DNA of 56,306 nt, filler included, from Trypethelium eluteriae (Eukaryota): the NCBI GenBank assembly GCA_051942245.1. It is 4 parts of 4 records of this genome, joined end to end, with 100 filler letters (N's around TTAATTAATTAA, not from the genome) between each part and the next. Parts side by side here need not be neighbours in the genome. Positions count along the whole stretch, not along the records: positions 28,294 to 42,258 come from JAVECL010000710.1; positions 42,359 to 56,306 come from JAVECL010000711.1; 2 more parts are not named here. One strand, given 5' to 3'. Below are positions 38,331 to 50,700 of this stretch, piece by piece. The number at the start of each line of letters is the position of its first letter. The stretch's first letter is position 1. The notes below the pieces were generated by a model that was given only the letters and a program-made list of their open reading frames with translations, searched no databases and was not told the DNA's origin. Both the position numbers and the translations under genes were made by a program.

Positions 38331-38340
38331 CTAAAAATAG
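38331..38340. promoter_or_regulatory. MEF2/Rlm1 binding box CTAAAAATAG upstream of rlmA
   Basis: Exact match to CTA(A/T)4TAG about 690 nt upstream of the rlmA ATG; near matches at 38722-38731 and 37508-37517. Confidence 0.6.
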
Positions 38341-39029
38341 CGGATTGGGGTGCAATGACCGCTAAAATGTCCTTCTTCGGCAAGCTCAGCCCAGTGTCGG
38401 CCGATGATGGTGGGGGCGTTTAAGCTTCGCGCAGGGTGTCATCTTGTGTAATGAACGTTGGGTCAGTGGTTTGGTTCTGTTTCAATGTGTGAGATGTGAG
38501 ATGAGTGATGGGTGCTAGATATCGTTAAGCTCGCCGTTCTGAAGCCTGCAAACAGTAAGGTGAGTAAGATGGTCCCAACGGCTGATGTCTGATCTGGGGC
38601 ATCTGAAGCGATGACAGCTAATTAACCCTAACGAGCAAATCGCGGATTCATCCCCTGCCCCGAGGGCACGGTTCAGGCTTGGCCTCTCCAGGCTCCGCTG
38701 TGTCGGTTGATAAATCTGCTGCTATTCTTAGCCAACCTTCCTCTACTCTCCCAGTCTTGACCTGGTTGTGTGGGCGTCGACGAGCCGCATGTCATTGAAG
38801 ACCCTGTCTGATCATTGTGTCTCTTCAACCCTCACCGGAGGACTTATACCATCTTCTCCTCCGTCGGACGCCTAAGCGAAGCCTCGAGACTTGAAGTGCA
38901 CCGTCTCGCCCCTGTTGCTGCTTTTGGCCCGCCTTTTGCACTACCATCCCCTCCTCGACTCCATCCCGGACCGAAAGCATCTGTTGGCATCGAATTTGTA
39001 CGAGCGCATGCTTGTAAAAACAATTGAAA

Positions 39030-40877
39030 ATGGGCCGAAGGAAAATAGAGATCAAGGCCATCAAGGATGACCGGAACAGATCCGTGTATGTGAATCTCCG
39101 ATCCTGCGGAGACGCGAACTGGGCGAAACCCGACTAACAAACACTTTGCGCACAGTACTTTCCTCAAGCGCAAGGGCGGACTCTTCAAAAAGGCTCATGA
39201 GTTGTCCGTTCTGTGTTCAGTCGACGTCGCTGTTATCATCTTTGGCCATAATAAGAAGCTATACGAGTTTTCGTCTGGTGACATCAACGAGACGCTAGGC
39301 CGATACCAATATGTACAGTGCTCCATGCGCTTTAGAAAGCAGAGCTTGCGACTGATAGTTGACAGTATGGCGGCGCTCACGAACACAAAGGCCCCGCAGA
39401 TTTCATGGGAAAGCGCGATGGCGACGATGATGACGAAGATGATGAGAATATTGGATCGCAACACGGCGACTCTCACTCACCTCCAGAACACCCCAATGTA
39501 CCCTACGGTCTCACGAACCATCCAGGTTATCAGCACATGCGACAACATACCGCATCGGCGTCTCCGCCAATGCCAAACGGCAATGTCCCCTTTCACCAGA
39601 GACAAGGAACGCCACAGCCACTAGGCGGCTCACGGCCGGGCTCCAGAAACGCCTTTCGACGGACTAGCTCCAATCTGGTCCCTCAACACCCTCACCAAGT
39701 GACACAAGGTCAATCTGGTCCGAATAACTATGCCTACGTCCCAAACCCTCCCATTTATAGCGGTCCGGCTACTGCGCCCATGCAGATGGCTCGACCGGGA
39801 CCACCTCCAAACCAACCGCAACAACAATATACCCATCCCCCACCCCACAATGGTCCTGTCTATCAAGCTTACCTGCAAGAACAACGCCGACAATCCATGC
39901 CACCCGCCTTTCCTGCACAGCATCAACAACATCCACAACAACAGCAAGAACGCCCCCCTCAAGTTCATCAGCCCTCACCACCACAGCCTGAGCAAAACCA
40001 CTTTCAAAGCCCGCCGATGCCTCAACAACCGCAGCAGCAACAACAACCTAAGCCACTTTCACAAGCTGCTAAATCTCACAGTATCTTTACGCCCATTGAT
40101 GACAGCCGATCATTATTGGCTCAACACTGGGGCAATACCAGTGGGGCCGAGTCATCTAAGCCAGACCCTGTAATAAAGACAGAAACGGGTCTGCGATCGC
40201 ATTCCATCGATGTAGCTGCAGTACAACGAGGCCAAGTCAACGGCAACCATGTTCCGGTGACCCAACAGCAGCAGCAACGTGCACCGCCTGCTCCTGTCGC
40301 CCCACCGCAAAGAACATCCTCCACCTCTTCAATGCCCTCTTTCGGACCGCCTTCACGGACGAATAGCATGCCAGATGCCAAGCGACCCCGACTCAAGGTC
40401 CAAATACCCAGCGAGCAATCTGACGGGGGCGAAGGAGAGGCCGATTCGTCACCCAAAGAAAGTACGACTGGGCAAACGCCTGCAAAAGCGGGAGAGCAAG
40501 GCCATGGTGGTGTGGTTCTCCCGCCTCCCTCTCCTTCAGCAAGCGCTCTGTTGAGCGCAGGAGCCCAAGGTCCACCCAATCCCTTTGCACGGCCTGCTCC
40601 CCCGATGAATAATTATAATAACGGCAAGGATAACGAGACTCCGATATCTGCCTTGCCGAGTCGTTTCGTCGCTGATGGCCTCTTGCCTTCTCCATCCAGC
40701 TTTTACCCACCGGAATGGGGGTTTGGTAGAGGCGATAGTAATATCCTTCCCAGTCCTTTGAATTTCCAGACACCGGTCGCTACCAATGGCCCGAGCTTTA
40801 GAGATGAAGATGGTGATCGAAAGAGGAAAACGTCTGAAGGATCGGACAATGGCGCCAGTAAAAGAGCGAAAAATTGA
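39030..40877 (+). CDS. rlmA: MEF2-type MADS-box transcription factor RlmA/Rlm1 (cell wall integrity); two introns in the 5' region
   Basis: [72 protein letters not shown]-docking-like [11 protein letters not shown]-terminal [30 protein letters not shown]. Confidence 0.95.
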
Positions 40878-42012
40878 TACAGTTGTCGTTCAAGAGATTT
40901 GACGGCTTGTAGGCGTATGAAAAATCTGAATAAACCTACCTGGGTATGGAGTCTTTTTGTGGAATTTGGTCATACGACCGGTGGCGTTGAAACCGTTTGC
41001 AACATGTTGCTATTCAGCTCACTTCTTGTCTATTGTATTTGCTGCAAGAATCGTTGGTGAAGTCGTGTTCATTCAGTTCTAGTGGGATACCCAACGCTCG
41101 TTGCAATTACGATCATCGTGGGACTTCGTCTGTTCTCTTTTATTTTATGTTATTTTTTTTATCTTCTTTCCAACAAACTCAGCGGTTCTTGCAGCTGGAA
41201 GGACCCAAAGGCTTAAGGTCACTCCGATTTTAAATTTCCAAAATGTTCTGTATGTGGGGCTGTTAAAGGGTTGATCTGCGGTCTGACAGAAGGGTTCAAG
41301 AGGGATCTTTTCGTTGCTTTAAGATGTTGTTCGGGATGTAAAGCCTCCATTTGTCCGTCCAACTAGCTCGGTACCTGGTTTGTCTCATAGGGTGTTGCTT
41401 TTTGTGAAGAGCTGGAAATGGGTTCGTAGGCGAGTCGGTTAGACGCGAACAGTTCGGTCGATTGGCGTGATCGTTGTCTGTGGGGAGTACAGACTGAATA
41501 CCTAGTGGTTGAATTTAAAATCACAAATAAATTGAGACGTGAACTTCGAGATGTCTCCATATAAGTCACTAAAGTGGACTTGCCAAAGTGCGCAACAAAT
41601 CCGAGACTGGCCAATGCATTCTTTCATCCGCATATCTATACGAGCTGATCGAATGCAAGGTGCATGGCTGAGATGCCGGTCGTGACGTGACGTCGTCACA
41701 ATGGCGGAAGCTCGACACACCGAAGGTCATTGGCATGGTCAGATTCTTTTCTTCTTGCTATGACACTTGGCATCCCTTCATTGCCTCCTGACATTTAATC
41801 AAGTCGCGAATATCAGTAGTCCATTCGCGCAAACTTGCTTTGCCGTGGCTGACTCGCCTACAGCAAGCTGGCCGCGTTTGCTACCTAATCATCACCCAGC
41901 CTCCGACTTCAGCTGCTGGGCCCCACCAAACTTCTAATAACCCACGTCCACCGATCATACTGCTCCCTTCTTGACCTACAGTCGCTCTTTTCTTTCCTTC
42001 CAGCTTCCTACC

Positions 42013-42258
42013 ATGGCCTACAACCGCGGCTACAACCCCGATTCCCTCCCCGCCTTCGTCGAGCCTGAGCAAGCCGCGCAAATGATGGGCCGTCAAGACC
42101 ACCGCCCACCACCCTCCGACCCTTACGCCACCAAACCTCCTCCCCCAGCGCCCGTGCAAAACCTACGACCCCAAGACGATCGCTACGGCCGCCAGTCCCC
42201 CAGCAGCAGCAGCAGCCACAGCAGCAGCCGCTACGACGACCGCCGCTACAACACCTCC
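42013..42258 (+). CDS. pef1: 5' end of a peflin (penta-EF-hand Pef1)-like protein, truncated at contig end
   Basis: MAYNRGYNPDSLPAFVEPEQAAQMMG plus a Pro-rich stretch resembles the N-terminus of filamentous-fungal peflins. EF hands are not visible in the window. Confidence 0.6.
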
Positions 42259-42358
42259 NNNNNNNNNNNNNNNNNNNNNNNNNNNNNNNNNNNNNNNNNN
42301 NNTTAATTAATTAANNNNNNNNNNNNNNNNNNNNNNNNNNNNNNNNNNNNNNNNNNNN
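42259..42358. other. Artificial contig-join spacer
   Basis: 44 N + TTAATTAATTAA + 44 N. Confidence 0.98.
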
Positions 42359-43128
42359 CATCTACCTCTGCCTCTGCCTCCGGGACCTCACCTCCCTCCC
42401 AACCCCACAACTACGCCCTGCGCGTCGCCACCATCCGCAAATACATCCACGTCGCGCTCGCGTGCCGCCGCCTCCGCAACTTCGCCACCATGGCGCAGCT
42501 CGTCATCGCGCTGACGTCGGGCGACATTGCGCGGCTCGCGCGCACCTGGGCGGGCGTGCCGAAGGAGGAGCTGGCGGCGCTGGCGGAGCTCGAGCGCCTT
42601 GTGGGGCCGGTGGGGAATTTTGGTCGGCTGAGGCGAGAGATGGAGGGGCCGACGTTGGCGTTGGCGTCGAGTGGGCAGAATCTTGGAGGTGGTAGTGGTG
42701 TGGGTATGAGTGGGGGTGGGATGGGAAGGACGCTGGCGGAGGAGGAGCAGGGCACGATTCCGTTTGTCGGTGTCTATACGCATGATCTTATCTACAATGC
42801 GCAGAAGCCGCCGTACCTACCTAGCTCGACGCGGATTGATGGGACGAGCGGGAATGCGGCGCATGGGCGAGAAGGGTGCAGTGGAGAGGGGTTGGTGAAT
42901 TTTGAGAGGCATCATCGCGCGGCGGGTATCGTGAAGAATCTACTACGGTTACTGGAGAGCTCGGGGAGGTATGTGGTCGAGATGGATCGTGAGCCAGCAG
43001 GGACGACGACGACGCCAGACCGAAAAGGCATGCTTAGAGTGGTGCCGGAGGCGTTGGCCCGGTGTCTTTGGCTTGGGGCACTGACCGATCGGGAGATTGC
43101 GCAGTTGTCGAGGAGAATCGAGCCGTGA
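42359..43128 (+). CDS. 3' end of a RasGEF (CDC25-domain, Lte1-like) protein, 5' end lost at contig start
   Basis: RVATIRKYIHVALACRRLRNFATMAQLVIAL, IARLARTW, IPFVGVYTHDL and GLVNFER are RasGEF catalytic-domain motifs. Confidence 0.85.
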
Positions 43129-44271
43129 GGTTTTCTGCTGGAGGGTTGGATTTGTTGATCTGGACGCGCCGGTGATGTGGGGTTTCATATTGGCCAATTA
43201 CGATTTCATTCGTTAGCTGGGCAATAATTTGCGGTTCACTGTTCGTTTTCTGGATTCAGCGCTGGAGTTTATGGATTCTTTCCGGGTTCATTTGGAGACT
43301 AATCTATCACGGCCGATCTTGACGAAGACTCTTGGATTGCATGTTTTTCGTACATCTCCGAAAGATACCATTGAGCTGACTATTTGGATTGGGCTGAGAC
43401 GGGACGAGTTGATGAACAGCGCTGTTTTTACTGTGCAGCTTTTCTATAATATCGGCGCCTGTAGGGCGTCAATTTTATGGTAATGAATATATTCTCATGT
43501 TGCCTGAACTGATAATTTTTTTGCTAAGAGTCCCGTGTAAGCGACCTCTAGAAGGAATTGGAATACAGGTTGTAGTAAAGACGTAAGTACGCGAGCACGT
43601 GAGCACTCAAACAAAGGGAAGATCAAGAATATGTGCGATAGGTATGTTATCAACCAGCGTCTCAATGGTGTCAATTACCATCGGGTGCGTCGTACAGTCG
43701 CATCGCACGTGATGGAACACGGCACACCAGATCCTGTGCCTGGTTGCATCTCTAAAGACAGCGAGGCTGTCAGCGGACAGGTATCCGATTGGAGTGGGAA
43801 CATCGTCACCTCGACGCGCAGCATACCTAGCATCTAACTAAAGATGTGGACAGTTTGGGCGGCACGGCGGGGACAGCTTCCGAGCAGTGCAGAGGGAGGG
43901 TGAGCGAGCGTAAGGGAGCGGGAAGCGTTAGAGAGACCGGATCAAAACAGCAAGACTGGCCTAGGAAGCCACTCCGGCGTGGGAAGGCACAGGGAAGTAG
44001 GGTTTGGTGCGTTAGCGAGAGCGCTGGAACCCCAAATCAGGCATGGGCGGGAGCAGATGATCTGGAGTCGCTCGAGATGATGGGCGAGCGTCGGGGTGGT
44101 CCGCGCTTCACTACATAAACAACCATGCCCCGCCGCGCGCGCACTCCTGCCCTCCCCTCGTCCTCCGTCTCTTGCCCATATCTCCCCAGTGCCCCCCATT
44201 ATCCATAGTTCTGCTTCTTGTTTCGAATTCTTCGCCTTTCCACGCATCTAGTCCATCGACAATCATTCGCA

Positions 44272-45591
44272 ATGGCCCCAAAGAAAGCTGCCGCACCCCC
44301 CAAGAAGGCTGCCGCTGCCTCAGGAACCGCCCATGCCTCATATCAAGGTAAGTCCAGCAGTATCATGCCCGCCACGCGTGTCGCGTTGTAGGCGCACTGG
44401 TTCTATCTTGGTCGCCGCTCCTTGCTGACTTTGTTTCTACAGATATGATCAAGGATGCTATCCTGAAAGTGAGTAATCGTTCGTCGCGCGAACCGCTCGG
44501 TCGCATGAGTTCCCGGCCACGTCGTGTCTCCGGGTCCATTCCTATGCAAAACATCACCCGCCATGCAGTTCGAGTGACGAAAGCATGCTGACTTGTTCCT
44601 TCTACAAATAGCTCAAGGATCGCACTGGTTCTAGGTAAATAGGTTTCTTTGTGGTATTGCCCGAAGCTCTACGCGCCGTGGCATTCCCCGCTTGTTTAGA
44701 ATCTGAGGCAGCGACTAACCTAAGTTTTGTTTCAAACAGCCGCCAAGCCATCAAGAAGTACATTCAGGCCAACAATGATTTGCCCAAGAGCATGACGGAT
44801 ACCCAATTCAACGCTCACATCAGCCGCGCGCTGCAATCCGGAGAGGAAGACGGGACTTTCTCCCGCCCAAAGGGTAGGTCTGGTCTTGTATACCCACCAG
44901 TCATGGTCACGGATCCAAGTAGCCGTCCATTGATGGTTCTTCAAGAACTTTTCGTATGATTCACGACTACAACGCCTGCTAATCCACGTGTTCAGGTCCC
45001 TCCGGTCCCGTCAAGCTCATGAAGAAGGGTGAGGCTACCAAGACGGAGGACAAGACGGCCAAGAAGGAGGCGAAGCCGGCAGCCAAGCCGGCAGCCAAAC
45101 CAAAGACTGCGACTAAGGTATGAACTTGCTTTGATATCTTCCATTGCAACTATCAGAAATACTTATTGTCGCGTTCGGCTGGAACAGGCCAAGTCAACTG
45201 CCGCTAAGCCCGCTGCTGCGAAGAAGGCTGCTCCCAAGAAGCCCGCCACCAAGGCTGCACCGAAGAAAGCTTCCACCAAGGCCAACACTGCCAAGCCGCG
45301 CAAGCAGAAGACCCCAGCTGCCGTAAGTCATCCTTCAATTCCATTCCATTCCATCTCATTTCATGCCAAATTTTTATTGACATACCCTAGGCCCCAGCTA
45401 TCGTCGAAGAGAAGCCCGTCGTCCTTGGCAAGACCAAGTCAGGCCGTGTGACCAAGTCCCGCAACCCTGCTGCGGCTGCACCAGCATCCAAAGCTGGTGC
45501 TAAGAAGGCGACCACAACGAAGAAGGCGACGCCGAAGAAGAGCACGACTCCTAAGAAGAAAGAGGAGAAGAAGGAAGAAGCTGTCGCTTAG
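44272..45591 (+). CDS. hho1: Linker histone H1, about 7 exons
   Basis: MAPKKAAAPPKK..HASYQ|DMIKDAILK|LKDRTGSS|RQAIKKYIQAN...FSRPKG|PSGPVKL globular domain, then a Lys/Ala/Pro-rich tail with VLGKTKSGRVTK; stop at 45589-45591. Confidence 0.95.
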
Positions 45592-47754
45592 ATGGCTGCT
45601 AATCCTTCTTGTCGAGGCAATGAAGTCACGGATGTGTAGAAGGGGCGTATGTGTGTAGGGAGGCGCCGGGTTCATGCACGAGCGATATGAGTATGGGCTT
45701 TCTCGGGATCGAAATATCCTGCTCTTTGTCTTAGGATGTCGAAGATCCTTTTTCTCTCCAAAGATTTGGGAAATGGGTCTTTTGCTCTCGGTTCGCTCTC
45801 AAGATATCGTCGTCGGGGATATTTCTTATTTCCTTTGTCTCTTGCTACTTGGCCTGTTGTTAGTGGGGTCATGAAATGTCTGTACAAATCCTTTGATGGT
45901 CCGGCGCTCTGGCGTCTAGAATTCGACAAAGTTCAAAAACATTTCTTGCCGCTCCTAGTGACATTCGTTATTGCTCATCGCATATATTTCATATACTGCC
46001 CGGTGGATAAGACTGGAACGGAGGTTGGCCAAATGATATCTACCAAAAAAAAAAAAAAATGATTGGCCTCAGCCATTGCTTTGGGATCGTGAGTAAGCAT
46101 CTTATGTATGTGGTGGCGAGGCATAACAAAGTTCCTTGGAAGCAATATCCTCTTCCCTAGGGTTATGATTCCACGAATCCACACCGTTAGGCATCGTTAC
46201 CCCACATTAGCTCGAAAGCATCTAGCCTTGCCAACTAGACAAAAGACACGATATGCTTTTCAGGACAGGCAATCATCGGGATCCTATCAAGTCAAGTACG
46301 ACGCCGGGATCGACTACCGAGTAGCCTAATCTCACCTGCAGATGCGCCCAGTATCGTTTGTCACCTAACACCTACAGTCTTACCGAAAGGGAAGTGGATC
46401 TCGATGTGTTCAGTATTAGGTACTTTAAGATGTCGTGTTGGGCCTTGCAGTGCTAGTGCCGAGTTCGACATTCTCCATCATCCGTTAAAGCAAGCATCCG
46501 GAGTTGCACGAATGGATGGGGCCGCCACGCAATTTAGCACCCGGCCTCAAGGATGTATGCAATGTTCGCTTCAGGCGATTTACCAACGGTGCATTTGGAC
46601 AACAGCCAGATTGCAAAAAGAAAGTGCAGCCAATTCCACGTCAAAAGGACCAAGCAATCAATCCCGGACTGGCGTCGGGCGCTAGGCCGCCTCGAGCGAC
46701 TCGGATCCAGCTCTTCGTCCTTTCCCTCCCCCAATAGACGAGGATTCGATGGTGCGCAGATGACACCTAAGCACAATCTGCCATGAGGATTGCCAAGGGT
46801 CAGCACGGCTACAGCAAGGACAGGGCGACCCGCGCTTATCGGGAGGATTGGGAGTGGAAGTGTGGAGAGTGGTGGAGTGGGAAGGAAGATGGCACCGATG
46901 GAGTACCGTTACTGCGGAGAAAGCAGCGACGAGAGAGGTTGAGATGGAAAGCTCCGGCTAGTCATGAGCCTGCCCAATCCAGACGACCCGTAGCCAATAT
47001 ATGCTTTTGCGGGCCGAGAGGGCCATGGATGACGAGTTTTGAGACGCCAGGACGCCTGTGACAGCGAATGGATGCTTGATGCTACCGCTTCCCGATTCGA
47101 GAGCGTGCACGTTATTTTACCTACGGAATGCCTCGAGTCCCTTTTGCAGCAACCTTCTTCCCCATTTTTGTCTTTACTGCCCTCCCTCTCTCTCTCTGCC
47201 CTGCCCACCGCGAGTGGCGGTCGTCGCTCACTGAGCCTGTACTGTATCGTTACTGGGTGTCGACTCTGCTACTCCCGCCTGGGCTTGGCTCTGTGCTGGG
47301 CCGGTGGGTGGGTGAGTGGGTTGTGCTTAGTCATGGCGGCAGCTGTCGTGTCTCAGCCTAGGCTCGTAGGGGGTCCGCCTCCAGCCCCGAGCACTTGCTG
47401 GTTTATCGTGGAACTCTCATGCCAAAGTGCCGACCTCAACCAACCAAGCCGCGTCTTATTAGGTGAGCGATATCCTGACCCTGTTACATGTACCAGTGAC
47501 CCCTCCAGTCGCGCTTTTTGCTGTGGCGGCTGCCTCGTCTGTTCTGCTCCCCTACGCGTTGCCGATCACCTGAGCCTGTTGGCTCCGCAGCACAACACTG
47601 TCATCTCCTCGATCTCCAAATCAGCCGCCAATCCATCCTGCATCCCCGTTGACTTTTTTGTTTACACTGTCGCGCGGCTCATGTCGCGCCTTCGCTGAAT
47701 CATGCCCGTGCTAACCATCCTCATCTCCAGATGGGCCCTTCCTGACTGTACGAC

Positions 47755-50700
47755 ATGAACGCTTGGCCGCAGGATAGCAATGGCATCTATCCTAATGCGC
47801 CCGACCCCAATCCGAACTTTGATCCCTCGATGAGCTCCATGTTTACCCCAACCGGCTTCGACGGCAATCCGTATCAGAATGCTCAGCGCATGCAGAATGG
47901 AAACGGTCGCGGTCCCTCGCCAGCCTTCCCGAACTCGGGCTATCAAGTCAACCCGGTCATCCCCTCCAAGCGACCGCATCCAGGTGGAGACAACATGGGA
48001 GGCTCACCTGCGCCTGGGCATCCCAATCCGAACATTTCGCGCTCGCAGACTCCGCAGCAGATGCCCTACCAGAACTTCGGTGGGCAACCAGGAGGGCAAA
48101 ATTTCCAAACACCGAATCCATATCAACACCTTCAGCAGACGGCATCCAGCAATGCGACTCCCTCACCAACAATGCCGAATCAACAGTTTCGCCCGCCTGC
48201 GGTCCCCCAGCGAATGCCCACTGCTTCCCCCCATCAATTCCCTACCTCGCAGCAGAACTTTGGTGGCCAAATGTCTCCGCCGCCGACAGATCAGAACAGC
48301 CGTATGGGCACCCCGCAGAACTCTCATGGTCAAAATATGATGGGCAACATGGGCATGGGTCAAGGGTATAACCCAATGGGAATGTCACCGGCAAACATGA
48401 TGGGAATGCCTGCACAGTCAGTTGCCCTGACAGATAATTTACAACAACGGCAAGCTGAAATGCAAAGGCAATACCAAATGCGACTGCAGTCAATGCAACA
48501 CGGTGGACAGCAATTCGGCGGACAACAACGACAGCAAAATGGCGGGCCTAACCCGATGGCAGGTGCTCAAGGTGGTCCACCTAGCCAGGGTATGCCCGGC
48601 GGCAGTCGAGCTGGATTTCCGCAGCAGAATGCGCCTGTCAATGACCAGGTGCTCAGAAGCATAACATCATATATGCAGACGCAGGGCCTGCCATTCAATC
48701 CACATCCCATGGTACAAGGTCGACCGGTGAATGTCACAGGTCTCTTTGGTACCGTCATAAAACTTGGCGGGTCCCAGAGGATTACCATGGCAAACCAATG
48801 GCCGATGCTCGTACAGACTCTCGGCTTCCTCCCACAGCAATTTCCAACAGCCGTCCAAGAGATACAAGCTTACTGGCAACGCAATCTTGCTCCATATGAG
48901 AAATACTACATTACCCAGAAAAAGAGGCAGGCTCAGGCGCAACAGATGGGAATGATGTCGAATGGCGTCCCTCAAATGTCGCCCACTAAGATGATGCAGC
49001 CTGGCGCACAGGAGCAAGCGCAACAATATATGCAAAGCCAAATGCAACAGCAACGTAACCAAGCGGGCCCGCCAACTCCCAGGAACGCTTCTGGAGATAT
49101 GAATGCCGCCAACGGCTCAGCGACACCCCAGCCAGGAATGCAGCCGAATCGACAGCAGAATGTTCTTCAACATCAGCGAATGAGCTCTGCTGCTCCGAGT
49201 GATACTGGTACCTCTACCGAGCAGCACCAGCCCGTTCCTCCAACGCCTACAAAAGCCAGCAAGGTCAGAGGTGGACCGCCAACACCTCCTGGAGATAAAC
49301 AAATCACCACTAGGCTCAAATATAAGTCAGAGAGTTCTACCTATCTGCCAAAACATCGAACACTTGATTCGGGAATGTATGGTGCGTACGATCTGGAACA
49401 TCTCATTAGTCTTGGCACAAAGCTCGCATACGCCATGCCGAATATTCCAACCGTTGAGGAGATGGGGTGGATTGACATTCGAGCCCTCATCATGAGCCTC
49501 CAATGCGGTATTCATGCAGAGGTCCGGCTTGCCTTAGATCATCTTGTCATGCTCTCGCACGAACAACGGTTGCCCACTGGTGGCCTTGAACTCGAGAGAT
49601 GTGAGGATCTTGTCGATGCATTGGTGGATTGCGCTGAAGAGCAGATTGATTATCTGGCCGAAGATGCTACAGAAGTTTCTGATGCTGTTGATCTGTCCTC
49701 TTACGAAGATTTGGTTCGAGGGTGTCTAACAGAGAATTCCACTCTACAGGATGTTCCCGAATTCGGCACCGACGAATTTGAGCTTGACCGCGCCTCAGAT
49801 AGACTCATCGCAGTCTCCACGATCCTCCGAAACCTTTCGTTCAACCCGGCGAATCACAAATACCTCTGCTACAATCCACTCATCAAGTTCATCTCGAATA
49901 CCATCCGGCTGCTTGGAACACGACATTTGATTCTTCGCTCCAGCACCAATACACAAGATTTCATGAAGGACATTGTCACCTTCTTCAGCAATACTGCCCA
50001 AGAGATCTCTCTCCCATCACAATCGGATGCCCACCACATTCTTCGCTTCCTACTTGCTTTTGCCCCATGTCCTCCACCTGTCATTACCACAAGTCCTTCT
50101 GGCATTGCCTCCGTCCGCTTTGCTCCTTACCAACCAACTGCTCACCGTTATCTGCCTCATGCAGTTGACACCTTGGCCAAACTTCTCGCCCGCGACGACC
50201 CTAATCGGGCACACTTCAAAGCCCTTTTCGCTGCCGAGGCTGCCAACCCGACTCCATCTTCTTTAATCTCGACCAACGGTACCTCAGACTTCTCCCTCAC
50301 CCACCCATACGACCTCCTCACCCGCACCTTCGCCCTCGCCATCGCCCCGCTCCCCGAACGCGCCCGCGGCCTCTCCTCTCAAGCCGAACTCCGCATCGCC
50401 GACGCCCGCAAACCCTACCTCACGCAAGGCATGCTCGCCGCCGACATCCTCGCCTGCCTCATCCCCCCCACCTCCGCCAGCACCCAACCAGACAGCAGCA
50501 TCATCCTGAACGGCGGCTCCGCCAACCACAACAACCACAACCACAACCACAGCGGCAGTGGCAATGGCAATGGCAACGGCATCGCAAACACCCACCACGC
50601 ATCCACCACCACCGCCACCACCCCCGTGCTCGCCTCCCCATCCAGCCTCGCGCGCGCCTGGCTCGAATCCGAAGACGGCTGGGCCCCGAGTCTTCTCCGT

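Noticed and set aside
38620..38635. Telomere-like TAACCCTAAC
   Set aside because: Fewer than two full units and internal to a promoter.
47039..47698. 219-aa Cys/Leu-rich ORF upstream of SWI1
   Set aside because: Pyrimidine-rich 5' leader and probable UTR intron; no domain or coding bias.
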